This document shows, piece by piece, positions 18,710-28,825 of a DNA stretch of 64,000 nucleotides. The stretch comes from Dehalococcoidia bacterium (GTDB lineage: Bacteria > Chloroflexota > Dehalococcoidia > UBA2979). Where the stretch lies: contig OZ244720.1 of NCBI GenBank assembly GCA_965219085.1, positions 1,344,001 through 1,408,000 on the forward strand. The letters run 5' to 3'. How positions within the stretch are numbered: position 1 is the stretch's first letter; each line of letters begins with the position of its first letter. The notes beneath the pieces are model-generated. The model saw only the letters and a program-made list of their open reading frames with translations. It did no database searches and was not told the origin of the DNA. Position numbers and translations under genes: made by a program.

Positions 18710-18748
18710 CAGACTAACGCGAGCGCCCCGCACAGACGGGGCGCGCCG

Positions 18749-18813
18749 CCGGAGACCACGGGTCCGCCGGGCCAAACGCCCGGCGGGTAATGGCAAGAGG
18801 CCACCCGTGCAGG
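18749..18813 (+). ncRNA. L10 leader (ribosomal protein autoregulatory RNA)
   Basis: CCGGAGAC-CACGGGT...TAA...ACCCGTG-CAGG paired architecture upstream of rplJ. Confidence 0.65.
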
Positions 18814-18862
18814 TGGGACGAGTTGCAGGCTGCGCGCGAGAGCCCTCGCGCCGTGCCGGTGA

Positions 18863-18896
18863 CGCCCTCCCACCGCGTGGTGGCGAGGGCGTTTTG
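18863..18896 (+). terminator. Attenuator-type terminator in the rplJ leader
   Basis: CGCCCTC-CCACC...GGTGG-C-GAGGGCG hairpin followed by TTTTG. Confidence 0.55.
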
Positions 18897-18937
18897 CTTG
18901 CAGCCGCGCAACAGGTCGCGGCCGGAACGGGGGCAGC

Positions 18938-19471
18938 GTGCCGACGGAGCGCAAGATCGCGCTGGTCGCCGAGATCAAGGCGCTGATCGAGGAATCCGAG
19001 ATCGCCATCGGCATGGCCTACCAGGGCATGCCGGTCACGGAGCAGACGCAGCTGCGCCGCCAACTGCAAGAGGTCGGCGTCTCGCTGCGCGTAGTGAAGA
19101 ACTCGCTGCTGCTGCGCGCCGCCGACGAGGCCGGGAGCGAGGCGCACCGCGCGCTCGCCGACGGGCCGACGGCGCTGGTCACGCACCCGGACGACCCGGT
19201 GGCTGCCGCCCGCGCGGTCGCGAACTGGCGGCGCGAGCACCTCGACACGCCGTTCGAGGTGCGCAAGGCTGTCCTCGGCGGCGAGGTGGTCGACGCGGCG
19301 TACGTGATGGACCTCGCCACGGTGCCGCCGCGCGACGTGCTGCTCGGCAGGCTCGCCGGCGGGCTGACGGCCAAGATCACGGAGCTGGTGCTGCTGCTGC
19401 AGGCGTCGACCCGCGACCTCGCGGGCCTGATCGACGCGCGGGCGCAGCAGCTCGAAGAAGCAGGGGCATAA
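18938..19471 (+). CDS. rplJ: 50S ribosomal protein L10
   Basis: [12 protein letters not shown]; gene order. Confidence 0.95.
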   Translation: MPTERKIALVAEIKALIEESEIAIGMAYQGMPVTEQTQLRRQLQEVGVSLRVVKNSLLLRAADEAGSEAHRALADGPTALVTHPDDPVAAARAVANWRREHLDTPFEVRKAVLGGEVVDAAYVMDLATVPPRDVLLGRLAGGLTAKITELVLLLQASTRDLAGLIDARAQQLEEAGA

Positions 19472-19530
19472 CCCGGCGCCACCGATCCCGCGACAGCGGG
19501 CGGCGCCGGCAGGCTGGGAGGAGCAAGACA

Positions 19531-19917
19531 ATGGCCAAGGTGGAAGACGCGCTCGACATCATCCGGGGCATGACCCTGCTCGAGCTGCGCGACCTCAACA
19601 AGGCGATCGAGGACGAGTTCGGCGTGACCGCCGCCGCGCCGGTGGCGATGGCCATGGCGCCCACCAACGGCGACGGCGCCAACGGCGCCGCCCCGGTCGA
19701 GGAACAGATCGAGTGGGACGTGGTGCTCACGGACTTCGGCGCGAACAAGATCAACGTGATCAAGGCCGTCCGCGAGCTCACCTCGCTGGGTCTGAAGGAC
19801 GCCAAGGACGTCGTCGAGGCCGCGCCCAGGGCCATCCGCGAAGCCATCACCAGGGACGAGGCAGACGCGGCCAAGACCAAGCTCGAGGAAGCCGGCGCAA
19901 CCGTCGAGCTGAAGTAG
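19531..19917 (+). CDS. rplL: 50S ribosomal protein L7/L12
   Basis: [33 protein letters not shown]. Confidence 0.97.
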   Translation: MAKVEDALDIIRGMTLLELRDLNKAIEDEFGVTAAAPVAMAMAPTNGDGANGAAPVEEQIEWDVVLTDFGANKINVIKAVRELTSLGLKDAKDVVEAAPRAIREAITRDEADAAKTKLEEAGATVELK

Positions 19918-19986
19918 CCGGCGCCCTCCTCGCGGCGCTCCCGCCGTCCGCCACGGATCGCTGGGAACGCATGCTAGGCTCGTACG

Positions 19987-20634
19987 GTGGAGTGTTTCCT
20001 GTGCGAGCGTGACGCCACGCACGAGTGCGCTCGCTGTGGTGCGCTGTACTGCGACGCCCACGGCGACGCCCTCTGCGAGCGCTGCTCGGATCCCGAGCTC
20101 GCCCTGCCCTCGCACCGCCTCTACCGCGGAGCACTGCTCGCGCTCTTCGCGGGCAGCATCTTCGCGTTGTGGCTGCTGATCCGCCCGCCGGGCGACGGGC
20201 CCGGCCTGGCCAGCCCGCCGATCACGCCCGTCGTCGGGCCCGCGACGATCGTGCTTGCGCCGGACTCCTCGCCCACGCCGACGCCGACCGGGCAACCTGC
20301 CGACGCCTCGCCCGCGCCGACGCGGACCGCAGCGCCCGATGCCACTTCGACGCCCACTCCCTCGGCGTCGCCCAGCCTAACGCCCTCACCCACGGCGACT
20401 CCGTCGCCAACACCGCCGCCGACCCCCTCGTCAGGTCCGACTCCGACGCCGTCGCCCACGCCCTACCTCGAGTACACCGTGGAGGCGGACGACATTTTCA
20501 GCGCCATCGTGTCGAGGTTCCTCCCCGACGATGCGGACTACGGGGAGTTCGCCGCACGTATCATCGACATCAACAACATCCAAAACGCCGCTTCCCTGAG
20601 CATCGGACAAGTGCTGCAGATCCCACTCGAATGA
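19987..20634 (+). CDS. Membrane protein: N-terminal zinc finger, TM helix, Pro/Thr linker, C-terminal LysM
   Basis: CxxC..CxxC..CxxH..CxxC; (PT)n linker; YTVEADD...LSIGQVLQIP. Confidence 0.8.
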   Translation: MECFLCERDATHECARCGALYCDAHGDALCERCSDPELALPSHRLYRGALLALFAGSIFALWLLIRPPGDGPGLASPPITPVVGPATIVLAPDSSPTPTPTGQPADASPAPTRTAAPDATSTPTPSASPSLTPSPTATPSPTPPPTPSSGPTPTPSPTPYLEYTVEADDIFSAIVSRFLPDDADYGEFAARIIDINNIQNAASLSIGQVLQIPLE

Positions 20635-20680
20635 CGATGACCTCGAACCGTCGAACCACCCCCGGCATGCGGAGCGCCCG

Positions 20681-21481
20681 ATGACACAACCACCCGTCGA
20701 CCGCGACCCATACGCCGTCCTCGGCGTGCCACGTGATGCATCGCGCGATGCGATCCGGCAGGCGCACCGCGAACTGAGTGCCTACCACGCCTCCGGCCAC
20801 GCCGGCGACGACGCCGAGCGGCGGCTGGAGGAGGTCAACGCAGCCTACGAGGTGCTCTCGAGCCCATCGCGCAGGCGCAGCTACGACCAGTCGGTATCGC
20901 AGGCAGCCGAGGCGGCGCCTGAGGCCAGGCCGGCAGCCAAACCCACCGAGCCCGCGCCGTTCGCCATGAGCATGCCGGACCGCCGCGAGGAGACCTTCCG
21001 CTACGAGCTCGTCGGCGAGAACACCGAGCACCGCCGGACGCTGCAGCGCATGCTCCTGATGTACGGCCCGCTCACCCTCGCCGCGATCGCAGTCCTGATG
21101 GTGCCGCTGTCGAGTCTCCTTGGCGGCAGATACGGGGCGGTGATCCCGCTCACGATCATCGCCGTGGTCGTGCTCGCGCTCGCATTCCAGGCGGTCATGG
21201 CGTTGCGCGACCTGCGAGCCGAGCCGCTGTTCACGCGCGGCGAGGTGCAGCGCTCGTGGACCAAGGGTGGGCTGCTCTGGTTCTTCCGCTCGCACTTCGT
21301 GATGGTGAACCGCCAGGTCTTCGTCGTGCCGCCGGAGATGTGGGTGCGCATCGGCGAGGGTGAGATCGTCGAGGCGCACCACTGGCCTCACACCCGCACC
21401 GTGATCCGCATGATCCTGCTGCACGGCAGCGACGAGGAACTCGGCGCCCTCGACCCCGAGAGGCCCACGGTCCCGCTGTGA
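20681..21481 (+). CDS. J-like domain membrane protein
   Basis: DPYAVLGV...VNAAYEVLS..RRSYD; two TM helices; HPD replaced by HAS. Confidence 0.8.
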   Translation: MTQPPVDRDPYAVLGVPRDASRDAIRQAHRELSAYHASGHAGDDAERRLEEVNAAYEVLSSPSRRRSYDQSVSQAAEAAPEARPAAKPTEPAPFAMSMPDRREETFRYELVGENTEHRRTLQRMLLMYGPLTLAAIAVLMVPLSSLLGGRYGAVIPLTIIAVVVLALAFQAVMALRDLRAEPLFTRGEVQRSWTKGGLLWFFRSHFVMVNRQVFVVPPEMWVRIGEGEIVEAHHWPHTRTVIRMILLHGSDEELGALDPERPTVPL

Positions 21482-22083
21482 TCCCCCGCCGCGCGGGCGC
21501 GGTGCTCGCCCCCGCCGTGCTCATCGGGCTCGTCGTGTGGGGCATCCAGCAGGCAACGTGGGGCGGCCCCGGTCGCCCGACCCAGCGGTACGAGTTCTAC
21601 CCGCCGTTCCGGATGGTCTGGGTCGAGGAGGACGCCCGCGGCGAGTTCTACACCATCGAGCTGATGTGGCGCGGCTCCCGTTCGTGGACCACGGTGCTGC
21701 GCGCGAGCTCGGCGGATCCGCGCTCCGTCGGGCGCACGGGGACGTGGGACGGCGTAACCCTCACGAGCGACGACCCGGTGCAGGGGCGAGAGACGTACAA
21801 GCCCGAACTCACCGTGGATGCGCCGCTGGTACCCGCCCAGTGGTTGCTTGCGTCGCGCTACTCGCCGGACGACGGGTGGGAGCCGCTCGGCCTCGATGCC
21901 GACGGCAACGAGCGCTTCCGCAAGACCGAGACCCGCGGGGGCCAACAGCGCACGATCGTCCGCACCCGCGACCCGGCGACCTGGCTGGTCGTGGCGAGCA
22001 CCACGACCGTCGATGGGGAGCACGTGAACGCCGTGCGGGTCATCGATCTCGAGATCCTGCCGCGGCCGGCGAGCTATCCCTGA
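21478..22083 (+). CDS. Hypothetical exported or membrane-anchored protein
   Basis: N-terminal hydrophobic segment; coupled to the upstream gene. Confidence 0.65.
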   Translation: MIPRRAGAVLAPAVLIGLVVWGIQQATWGGPGRPTQRYEFYPPFRMVWVEEDARGEFYTIELMWRGSRSWTTVLRASSADPRSVGRTGTWDGVTLTSDDPVQGRETYKPELTVDAPLVPAQWLLASRYSPDDGWEPLGLDADGNERFRKTETRGGQQRTIVRTRDPATWLVVASTTTVDGEHVNAVRVIDLEILPRPASYP

Positions 22084-22117
22084 GCCGGGTCTTTCCCATC
22101 GTCATGCGCCTGACGTC

Positions 22118-22147
22118 TTGACCAGTACCGCACGTTCGTTCTATAAC
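22118..22147 (+). promoter_or_regulatory. Promoter with overlapping putative LexA box
   Basis: TTGACC-N18-TATAAC; CGCAC-GTTC-GTTCT at 22129-22142. Confidence 0.55.
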
Positions 22148-22180
22148 GAGGCTCCCACCACCGGTTGAGGAGCTTTGCCC

Positions 22181-22903
22181 GTGAGCGAGTCCCCGCCCGG
22201 CGCCCAGGCGTCGGCGTACCAGCCGCGCGTGGCCGAGATGCCGGCCACGGACCGGCCCCGCGAGCGCCTCGAACGGCTCGGGCCACAGGCGCTCACGAGC
22301 GCCGAGTTGCTTGCCATCCTGCTGCGCACCGGCACGGCCGAGGAAGGCGTGCTGCAGCTCGCCTCGCGGCTGCTGCAGGACCAGGGCGGCCTGCGCGGCC
22401 TCGCCGCCGCCGACCTGCCGACGCTCGCGCGCACGCGCGGCGTGCGCATCGCCAAGGCCACCACCATCGCCGCCGCGTTCGAGCTCGGCCGCCGGCTCGC
22501 CCTCGAGGGCGAGGACCTGCGCCCGCGCATCGAGGGGCCGAAGGACATCGCGCGGCAGTTGCAGGCGGAGCTGGAGCTGCTGCAACAGGAGGAGGTGCGG
22601 GTGCTCACGCTCGACACCAAGCACCACCTGCTCGGCTCGTCGATGGTGTACCGGGGCTCGCTGAACGGCGCTCCGGGGCGCGTCGCGGAGATCTTCCGTG
22701 AGGCGGTGCGCCGCAACGCGTGGGCCGTGGCAGTGGCCCACAACCACCCATCGGGCGATCCGGCGCCGAGCGTCAACGACGTCGAGTTCACGCGGGACCT
22801 GGTCGACGCCGGCGCGTTGCTCGACATCGAGGTGCTCGACCATGTCGTGTTCGGGCGCGGGACGTACGTCTCCATGCGCGACCGCCGCCTCGGCTTCGAG
22901 TAG
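22181..22903 (+). CDS. radC: RadC / UPF0758 JAB-domain protein
   Basis: RPRERL, ELLAILLRTG, HNHPSGD..PS..D, LDHVV. Confidence 0.95.
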   Translation: MSESPPGAQASAYQPRVAEMPATDRPRERLERLGPQALTSAELLAILLRTGTAEEGVLQLASRLLQDQGGLRGLAAADLPTLARTRGVRIAKATTIAAAFELGRRLALEGEDLRPRIEGPKDIARQLQAELELLQQEEVRVLTLDTKHHLLGSSMVYRGSLNGAPGRVAEIFREAVRRNAWAVAVAHNHPSGDPAPSVNDVEFTRDLVDAGALLDIEVLDHVVFGRGTYVSMRDRRLGFE

Positions 22904-22976
22904 CGCCTGGACATCGTGAACGGTGTCACGTGCTACTCTCGGTGCGTCTGCGGGGGGGGGCGCGTCGAGGCATCAC

Positions 22977-23480
22977 ATGCACTGGCTCGACCTGGTCATC
23001 ATTGCCATCATTACTTGGCTGACGTACCGCGCCTTCACGGTCGGGCTGATTCGCGAGGTGGTGACCACGGTCGCCCTCATCCTCGGCGCCGTGCTTGCCG
23101 GCCACTTCTACAGCGAACTCTCGGGCGACATCGCCTTCGCCATCGAGGACGAAACGTGGCGCGATTTCGTCGCGTTCGCCTCGATCTTCATCGGCGTGAT
23201 CGTGATCGGCCAGATCGGCGCCTCGCTGCTGCGGCGCGCCGCGTCCGTGCTACTGCTCGGGTGGGTCGACCGCGTGGGCGGCGCGGCGTTCGGGTTCGCG
23301 CAGGGGTTCCTGCTCGTTGAGGTGGCGCTGTTCGCGAGCATCACGTTCCAGATCTCCTCGGCCGTGGACGCTGCGATCGAGGCCTCGCTGTTGGCGCCGG
23401 TGTTCATCGACACCCTCCCGGTCCTGCTCGAGTTGCTCCCGAGCGAGTTCGAGTCCGCCGTCAAGATGCTGTCGACGTAG
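22977..23480 (+). CDS. CvpA family membrane protein
   Basis: MHWLDLVI, GLIRE, DRVGGAAFG. Confidence 0.85.
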   Translation: MHWLDLVIIAIITWLTYRAFTVGLIREVVTTVALILGAVLAGHFYSELSGDIAFAIEDETWRDFVAFASIFIGVIVIGQIGASLLRRAASVLLLGWVDRVGGAAFGFAQGFLLVEVALFASITFQISSAVDAAIEASLLAPVFIDTLPVLLELLPSEFESAVKMLST

Positions 23481-23575
23481 CCCACGCTTGGCCGGCCGGC
23501 CCCGGAACGGCGCCTCGATGTGACCACGCGCGGCGGAATCCTCTACACTGCGCCGCGACGGGAGCCCACACGCGA

Positions 23576-24118
23576 GTGTCGATCCACCGCCAGGCGCTGG
23601 TCCTCAATCAGAACTACGAGCCGCTCAACGTCTGCGGCGTTCGGCGCGCGGTTGTCCTCGTGTTCGGTGGCAAGGCCGACCTCATCGAGACCGGCGAACT
23701 CTCCATCCGCGGCGTCGACCGCGAGTACCCCACCCCCTCGGTGATCCGCCTGCGCCACCCCGTGCGGCGTCCACTGCCGCAGGTGCGGCTCACGCGCCGC
23801 GAGGTCTTCGCGCGCGACCGCCAGCAGTGCCAGTACTGCGGTAAGCACGGCCACGACCTGACGCTGGACCACGTGATGCCACGCCACCGCGGCGGCCCGC
23901 ACGAGTGGGAGAACCTGGTCACGGCGTGCCGTTCCTGCAACCACCGCAAGGGTGGGCGCACGCCACGCGAGGCGCGGATGCGGCTGATGAAGGAACCGGT
24001 GAAGCCTCGCGTCACCGTCGCGCAGCTCTTCGCGCACCACCTCAACCGCTACGAGGAGTGGCGCCCGTTCCTGTTCGGCTGGCTCGACCGCGAGAGCCAG
24101 CTCGCGCTCTCAGGCTAG
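23576..24118 (+). CDS. HNH endonuclease
   Basis: LVLNQNYEPL, RD..CQYCG, TLDHVMPR..GG, NLVTAC..CN..KG. Confidence 0.92.
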   Translation: MSIHRQALVLNQNYEPLNVCGVRRAVVLVFGGKADLIETGELSIRGVDREYPTPSVIRLRHPVRRPLPQVRLTRREVFARDRQQCQYCGKHGHDLTLDHVMPRHRGGPHEWENLVTACRSCNHRKGGRTPREARMRLMKEPVKPRVTVAQLFAHHLNRYEEWRPFLFGWLDRESQLALSG

Positions 24119-24200
24119 GCTCGCGCCCTCCACGGCTCCACCGAGGGGCCGCGGCGCGGCGCGCATCACACAACCCCCGGTGCGAGGTTCGGAGGACTGC

Positions 24201-24971
24201 ATGACGTTCTGGGACGGCAAGGTGGCGGTCGTCACCGGCGGGGGCGGCGGCATCGGCCGCGCGAGCGCGCTGCTCTTCGTCGCACGCGGCGCGCGCGTCG
24301 TCATCGCCGACCTCAAGGAGGACGGCGGCCACGAGACCGTCGAGCTTGCCGGCGGCGCGGAGCACGCGGTCTTCGTGCGCACCGACACCACCTCGGTCGA
24401 CGATGTGGCGCGGCTCATGGACGCGGCCGTCGGCGCGTTCGGCGGCATCGACGTGTTGCACAACAACGCGGCGATCATCGAGCGCTTCGACCGCGTCGAG
24501 GACGAACCGGTGGAGCGCTTCCGGCGCGTGATCGACATCAACCTCAACGGGCTGTTCATCTGCTCGAAGGCGGCGGTCCCGCACCTGCGCGCGCAGGGCG
24601 GCGGCGTGATCGTGAACATGTCGTCGATGGGCGCCGTTGGCGGGGCGAACATCCTCGCCTACTCGTCGGCGAAGGCGGGCGTGCTGGCGCTCACGCGCGG
24701 CCTGTCGCAGCAACTCGTCGCCGACGGCATCCGCGTCAACGCGATCATGCCGGGGCTCGTCGAGACCCCGATGACCGTCGACGGCCCGGCGATCGCGCGC
24801 GCCCGGCGCGAGCAGTTGCCGGTCTTCCGGCCGGAGGAGATGGCGCGCGCCGTCGCCTACGCCGCGGAGCACGAGGAGTTGACCGGCGCATTCCTCCAGT
24901 ACCTGCACACGGCGGAGGGGGTGCGTTTCGCGATGATGGAGCCGTGGACGTGGGAGCCCCTGGAGCTGTAG
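24201..24971 (+). CDS. SDR family oxidoreductase
   Basis: TGGGGGIG, NNAA, YSSAK, IRVNAIMPG. Confidence 0.92.
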   Translation: MTFWDGKVAVVTGGGGGIGRASALLFVARGARVVIADLKEDGGHETVELAGGAEHAVFVRTDTTSVDDVARLMDAAVGAFGGIDVLHNNAAIIERFDRVEDEPVERFRRVIDINLNGLFICSKAAVPHLRAQGGGVIVNMSSMGAVGGANILAYSSAKAGVLALTRGLSQQLVADGIRVNAIMPGLVETPMTVDGPAIARARREQLPVFRPEEMARAVAYAAEHEELTGAFLQYLHTAEGVRFAMMEPWTWEPLEL

Positions 24972-25072
24972 CCGCGTTACACTGCGCGCCCAGCGACCCT
25001 CGGCGCTTCCGGCCCGCGTCGCTGACGCACGATCGAGGAACGGCGCATCGAGCGCGCGATGGGAGGTCCGGC

Positions 25073-26295
25073 ATGGACTGGGGCGGCAGCCCGGAGCAGG
25101 CAGCATTCAGGCAGCGCGTACGCGACTTCGTGCAGGAGCGCCTCCCGGAGCACTACCGCCGCAAGGCCGAGGGCGCGCCCGACGAGTCCTGGAGCGGCGG
25201 TTGGGCGACCGACCGTGCCGGCGAGGGTGAGGCGCACAACGCGGCCGTCGAGTGGGCGAAGGCGCTTTCGGAGCAGAGCTGGATCGCGCCGCACTGGCCC
25301 GAAGAGTACGGCGGCGCCGGGCTGTCCTCCGTGGAGCAGTTCATCTTCAACGCAGAGCTCGCCGACCTGGGCGCACCCTCGGGCGTGGGCGGCTCCGGCG
25401 TCTCGATGCTCGGGCCGACGCTGATCGCGCACGGCAGCGACGAGCAGAAGGAGCAGTACCTCTCCGAGATCCTCACCGGCGAGATCTCGTGGGCGCAGGG
25501 CTACTCCAAGCCGGGCGCCGGCTCGGACCTCGGCTCGCTGCAGACGCGCGCCGTCCGCGGCGGTGACGACTACGTGGTCAACGGCCAGAAGATCTGGACC
25601 TCGGGCGCGCACAACGCCGACAAGCTGTTCGCGCTGGTCCGAACCGACCCGGACGCGCCGAAGCACCGCGGCATCTCGTTCCTGCTGATCGACGACATCC
25701 ACACCGCGGGCCTGTCGGTGCGGCCGCTGGTCAACATGTCCTGGAAGCACGGCTTCAACGAGACGTTCTTCGAGAACGTGCGCGTGCCGGTGAACATCGT
25801 CGGCGAGGAGAACCGCGGCTGGTACGTCGGCATGACGCTGCTGGACTACGAGCGCTCCAACATCAGCGGTGCGATCGCGTCGCGCAAGGAGCTCGACCGG
25901 CTGATCAGCTACCTCCACAGCGACGAGGGCCAGGGCGCACGTACATGCGCCCCGGCGTGCGCACGGCGATCACGGACCGCTACATCGAGTCCGAGGTGGG
26001 GTTCAACTTCTCGTTCCGCGTCGTCTCGATGCAGGCCTCGGGGCTGATCCCGAACTACGAGGCCTCGACCTCGAAGCTGTTCATGTCGGAGCTGGTGCAG
26101 ACCACGGCGCGCACGGCGACGCGGGCCCTGGGCCTCCACGCCAACGTCTGGGCCGAGGACTCGAAGTGGCCGCCGATGCACGCCTACTTCACGCACCGCT
26201 ACGTGACGACGATCCCGAACACGATCGGCGGCGGCACGTCCGAGATTCAGCGCAACATCATCGCCACCCGCGGCCTCGGGCTGCCTCGGGGCTAG
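25073..26295 (+). pseudogene. Acyl-CoA dehydrogenase, frameshifted near 25935-25945
   Basis: N-terminal part (NGQKIWTSGA) and C-terminal part (TIGGGTSEIQRNIIA) lie in different frames; SEP motif reads SKP. Confidence 0.8.
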
Positions 26296-26340
26296 CTGGC
26301 GCGGGCACGCCCCCCTCGCCGGGGGGCGACGCAACGAAGT

Positions 26341-26365
26341 CCGGGGGCGGCTGAGCCGCCCCCGG
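26341..26365. terminator. GC hairpin between convergent genes
   Basis: CCGGGGGCGGC-TGA-GCCGCCCCCGG perfect stem; no U-tract. Confidence 0.45.
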
Positions 26366-26403
26366 CTCACGTTCGAGGGTTGCGAGGTCGGTGCAGAAGC
26401 CGG

Positions 26404-27123
26404 TCAGAGCGTCTCGCCGGTCTCGTGGTTCACGATCCAGGCGATGTACTGCATCCCGGCCGCCTGGCGCGCGGCGAGCAGGGCCTGCAGGCAGGCGTCC
26501 GCGGAGCCCCAGCCGTGCTCGTTCACCGCTTCGACGATGCGCTTGCCGCGCGCGACGGCAATGGGCAGCGCGCGCTCCATCTCCTCGTTCAGGCTCTTCC
26601 ACATCTCCGCTGGGTGCTCGAACTCGAAGCGCGCGTACTGGAGCGAGGCGAACTGGTTGCCGAGCGTGCCGTCGCGGGTCCACTCGGACGGCGGTGCGCG
26701 CAGGATCTCCTTGAGCGCGGCGTGGCGCTGCTCCACCTCCCACTCGCGATCGAGGTTGAGGTCCGCGATGCGCTCCTCCGCCTCCGGAGCCATCACCACC
26801 TCGCGCAGCATCGTGCGCACCGGACCGGCGCCGCGCGCGGCCTGCCGGCCCCGCGGCCGCCGCACCTCCGGGTAGCCGTCGAGGCGCTGCCGCACGTGCT
26901 GCAGCGCGATGGCGAGCGTGTGCGCGATCGCGTGGGTCGGCAGGTTCTCGTGCACCTCGACGTGCACCTCGTCATCGTCGTCGGCCCAGCGCATGTTGGA
27001 GAACGCGTCTCCATCGAAGCCTGCAATGACGAGCTCACGGTCGGCCTCCGCGCGCACACGCGCGTGGAGTTCCTCGTAGAGCCCGTCGAGTCCATCGCCG
27101 ATGTCGCGCCCGTTGACGTTCAT
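26404..27123 (-). CDS. Hypothetical protein
   Basis: GGAGG RBS; ATG overlaps the upstream stop; host-like codon usage. Confidence 0.75.
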   Translation of the reverse strand: MNVNGRDIGDGLDGLYEELHARVRAEADRELVIAGFDGDAFSNMRWADDDDEVHVEVHENLPTHAIAHTLAIALQHVRQRLDGYPEVRRPRGRQAARGAGPVRTMLREVVMAPEAEERIADLNLDREWEVEQRHAALKEILRAPPSEWTRDGTLGNQFASLQYARFEFEHPAEMWKSLNEEMERALPIAVARGKRIVEAVNEHGWGSADACLQALLAARQAAGMQYIAWIVNHETGETL

Positions 27124-27974
27124 GCGTGCTTCCTCCGTGTTGCGCCCACCGGCCGGCGCTCGAGGTCGAGCGGCTGGCAGGCGATGCAAAAGTTCGTCTC
27201 GCGTCCGCCGCTCACGCGGCCCCGGATCTCCCGGTCGCAGCGCGGGCACGGCTCCCCGGTCCGGCGATGGACCCGGAGGTGCTCACGCCACTCCTCCTTG
27301 CGCTGCTTCAGCCCGTCTGCGACCTGTGCGTCGAGGATGGGCTGCGACCACTCGAAGACGCGGCGCATCGCGCGGTAGAGCTCGCGGCGACCGTCGTCAT
27401 CGAGCGTAGCGCCCCGCCGGTGCGGGTGGAATCCCGCCTCCCACAGGATCTCGTCGGAGTAGGCGTTCCCGATGCCGGCGACGAACTGCTGGTTGGTGAG
27501 CGTGTTCTTGAGCTGCCCGCTGCGCCGCCTCAGCCGCTGCACGAACTCGTCCTCATCGATCGCGAGCGCGTCCGGCCCCAGCTCGCCGAGCTGCGGAACC
27601 GCGTCGAGGTCGTCGATGGGCACGAGGTACCAGCGGCCCATGCGCCGCTCGTCCGCGTAGCGCAGCTCGTGGCCGTCGGCGAACGCGAGCACGACGGCGG
27701 GCGCCGGGGTGCGCTTCTCGCCGGGCTGCGCCCAGTGGAAGCGGCCGGTGAGCATCGGGTTGATGACCAGCACGCGCGCGTCGTCGCTGGTGAGCAGCAG
27801 GAACTTGCCGAGCCGCCGCACATCCACGAACGCATGGCCGGCGACGGTCTCGAGGTCCGCGAGGCCGGTGCGCACGAGCCACGGCTGCCGGGCGTCGACG
27901 GACGTGACGGGGTTGTCCGCCAGGCGCGGCGCGAGGAAGCCACGGATCGCCTCGAGGTCCGGTATCTCAGGCAT
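27120..27974 (-). CDS. Fpg/Nei family DNA glycosylase
   Basis: N-terminal PE, RLGKFL, LGPD, GIGNAYSDEIL, CPRC..CIACQ zinc finger. Confidence 0.92.
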   Translation of the reverse strand: MPEIPDLEAIRGFLAPRLADNPVTSVDARQPWLVRTGLADLETVAGHAFVDVRRLGKFLLLTSDDARVLVINPMLTGRFHWAQPGEKRTPAPAVVLAFADGHELRYADERRMGRWYLVPIDDLDAVPQLGELGPDALAIDEDEFVQRLRRRSGQLKNTLTNQQFVAGIGNAYSDEILWEAGFHPHRRGATLDDDGRRELYRAMRRVFEWSQPILDAQVADGLKQRKEEWREHLRVHRRTGEPCPRCDREIRGRVSGGRETNFCIACQPLDLERRPVGATRRKHA

Positions 27975-27979
27975 CGCGG

Positions 27980-28825
27980 TCAGGCATCGGCGGCCTCATC
28001 GGGCGGCGTCCAGCGCGGGTAGGAGCCGAGCACGCGCAGCCACTCGGTCTGCGCGTCGGTCGCCGCGAGCGCCTCGGCCACCGGCTCGTCGGTGCGGTGC
28101 CCCTGCAGGTCGAGCAGGAAGACGTACGTGCCGAGCGCGATGCGCGTGGGGCGCGACTGCACGTGCGTGAGGTTGAGGCCGCGCCCCGAGAACTCCTGCA
28201 GCACGGTCACCAGCGTCCCCGGCAGGTCGTGCGCCGTCGTGAAGGCGATCGAGGTCTTGTCGTCGCCCGTGGGGGCGTGGTCCCCGGGCGCGAGCACGAG
28301 GAAGCGGGTGGCATTGCCGAGCTCGTCGGCGATGTCGTCGGCGAGCACGGCGGCGCCGTAGATCGAGGCGGCTCGGGCAGTGCTCACCGCCAGCGCGCCG
28401 GGCTCGGCCAGCGCGGACTCGATGGCCGCGGCCGTGGAGAGCGCGGCCTGCGGCCGCGCGCCCGGCGCGAGCTGCCCCAGCCGCTCGCGGCACTGCGCGA
28501 GCGCCTGCGGGTGCGAGTAGACCACCGTCGCGGCGGTGGGGTCGGCGCCGTGCGCGGCAACCAGCGCGTGCCGGATGGGCAGCACGGTCTCGCCGTAGAT
28601 CTGCAGCTCCGTGTCGGCTCGCAGCAGCATGTCCAGGGTCTCGCGCACGGAACCCTCGATCGAGTTCTCGATAGCGCACACGGCGGCGTCGGCCTCGCCC
28701 TCGCGTACCGCCTGTGCGGCGGCCGCGACGCTGGCGGCGGGCACGAGTTGCGCCGTCGGATCGTAGCCGACGGCGGCGGCCTCGGTGTTCGTGCCGCGCG
28801 GACCGAGGTAGGCGAGTCGCGTCAT
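27980..28825 (-). CDS. pheA: Prephenate dehydratase
   Basis: YLGPRGT, IENSIEGSV, SHPQALAQC, TRF; ACT domain. Confidence 0.95.
   Translation of the reverse strand: MTRLAYLGPRGTNTEAAAVGYDPTAQLVPAASVAAAAQAVREGEADAAVCAIENSIEGSVRETLDMLLRADTELQIYGETVLPIRHALVAAHGADPTAATVVYSHPQALAQCRERLGQLAPGARPQAALSTAAAIESALAEPGALAVSTARAASIYGAAVLADDIADELGNATRFLVLAPGDHAPTGDDKTSIAFTTAHDLPGTLVTVLQEFSGRGLNLTHVQSRPTRIALGTYVFLLDLQGHRTDEPVAEALAATDAQTEWLRVLGSYPRWTPPDEAADA

Noticed and set aside
22952-22960. G9 tract upstream of the CvpA gene as a phase-variation switch
   Set aside because: A short G run is unremarkable at this GC content, and variation cannot be seen in one sequence.
23576-24118. HNH gene as a homing or mobile endonuclease
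   Set aside because: Host-like codon usage, no flanking repeats or intron; it looks like the common stand-alone HNH family.
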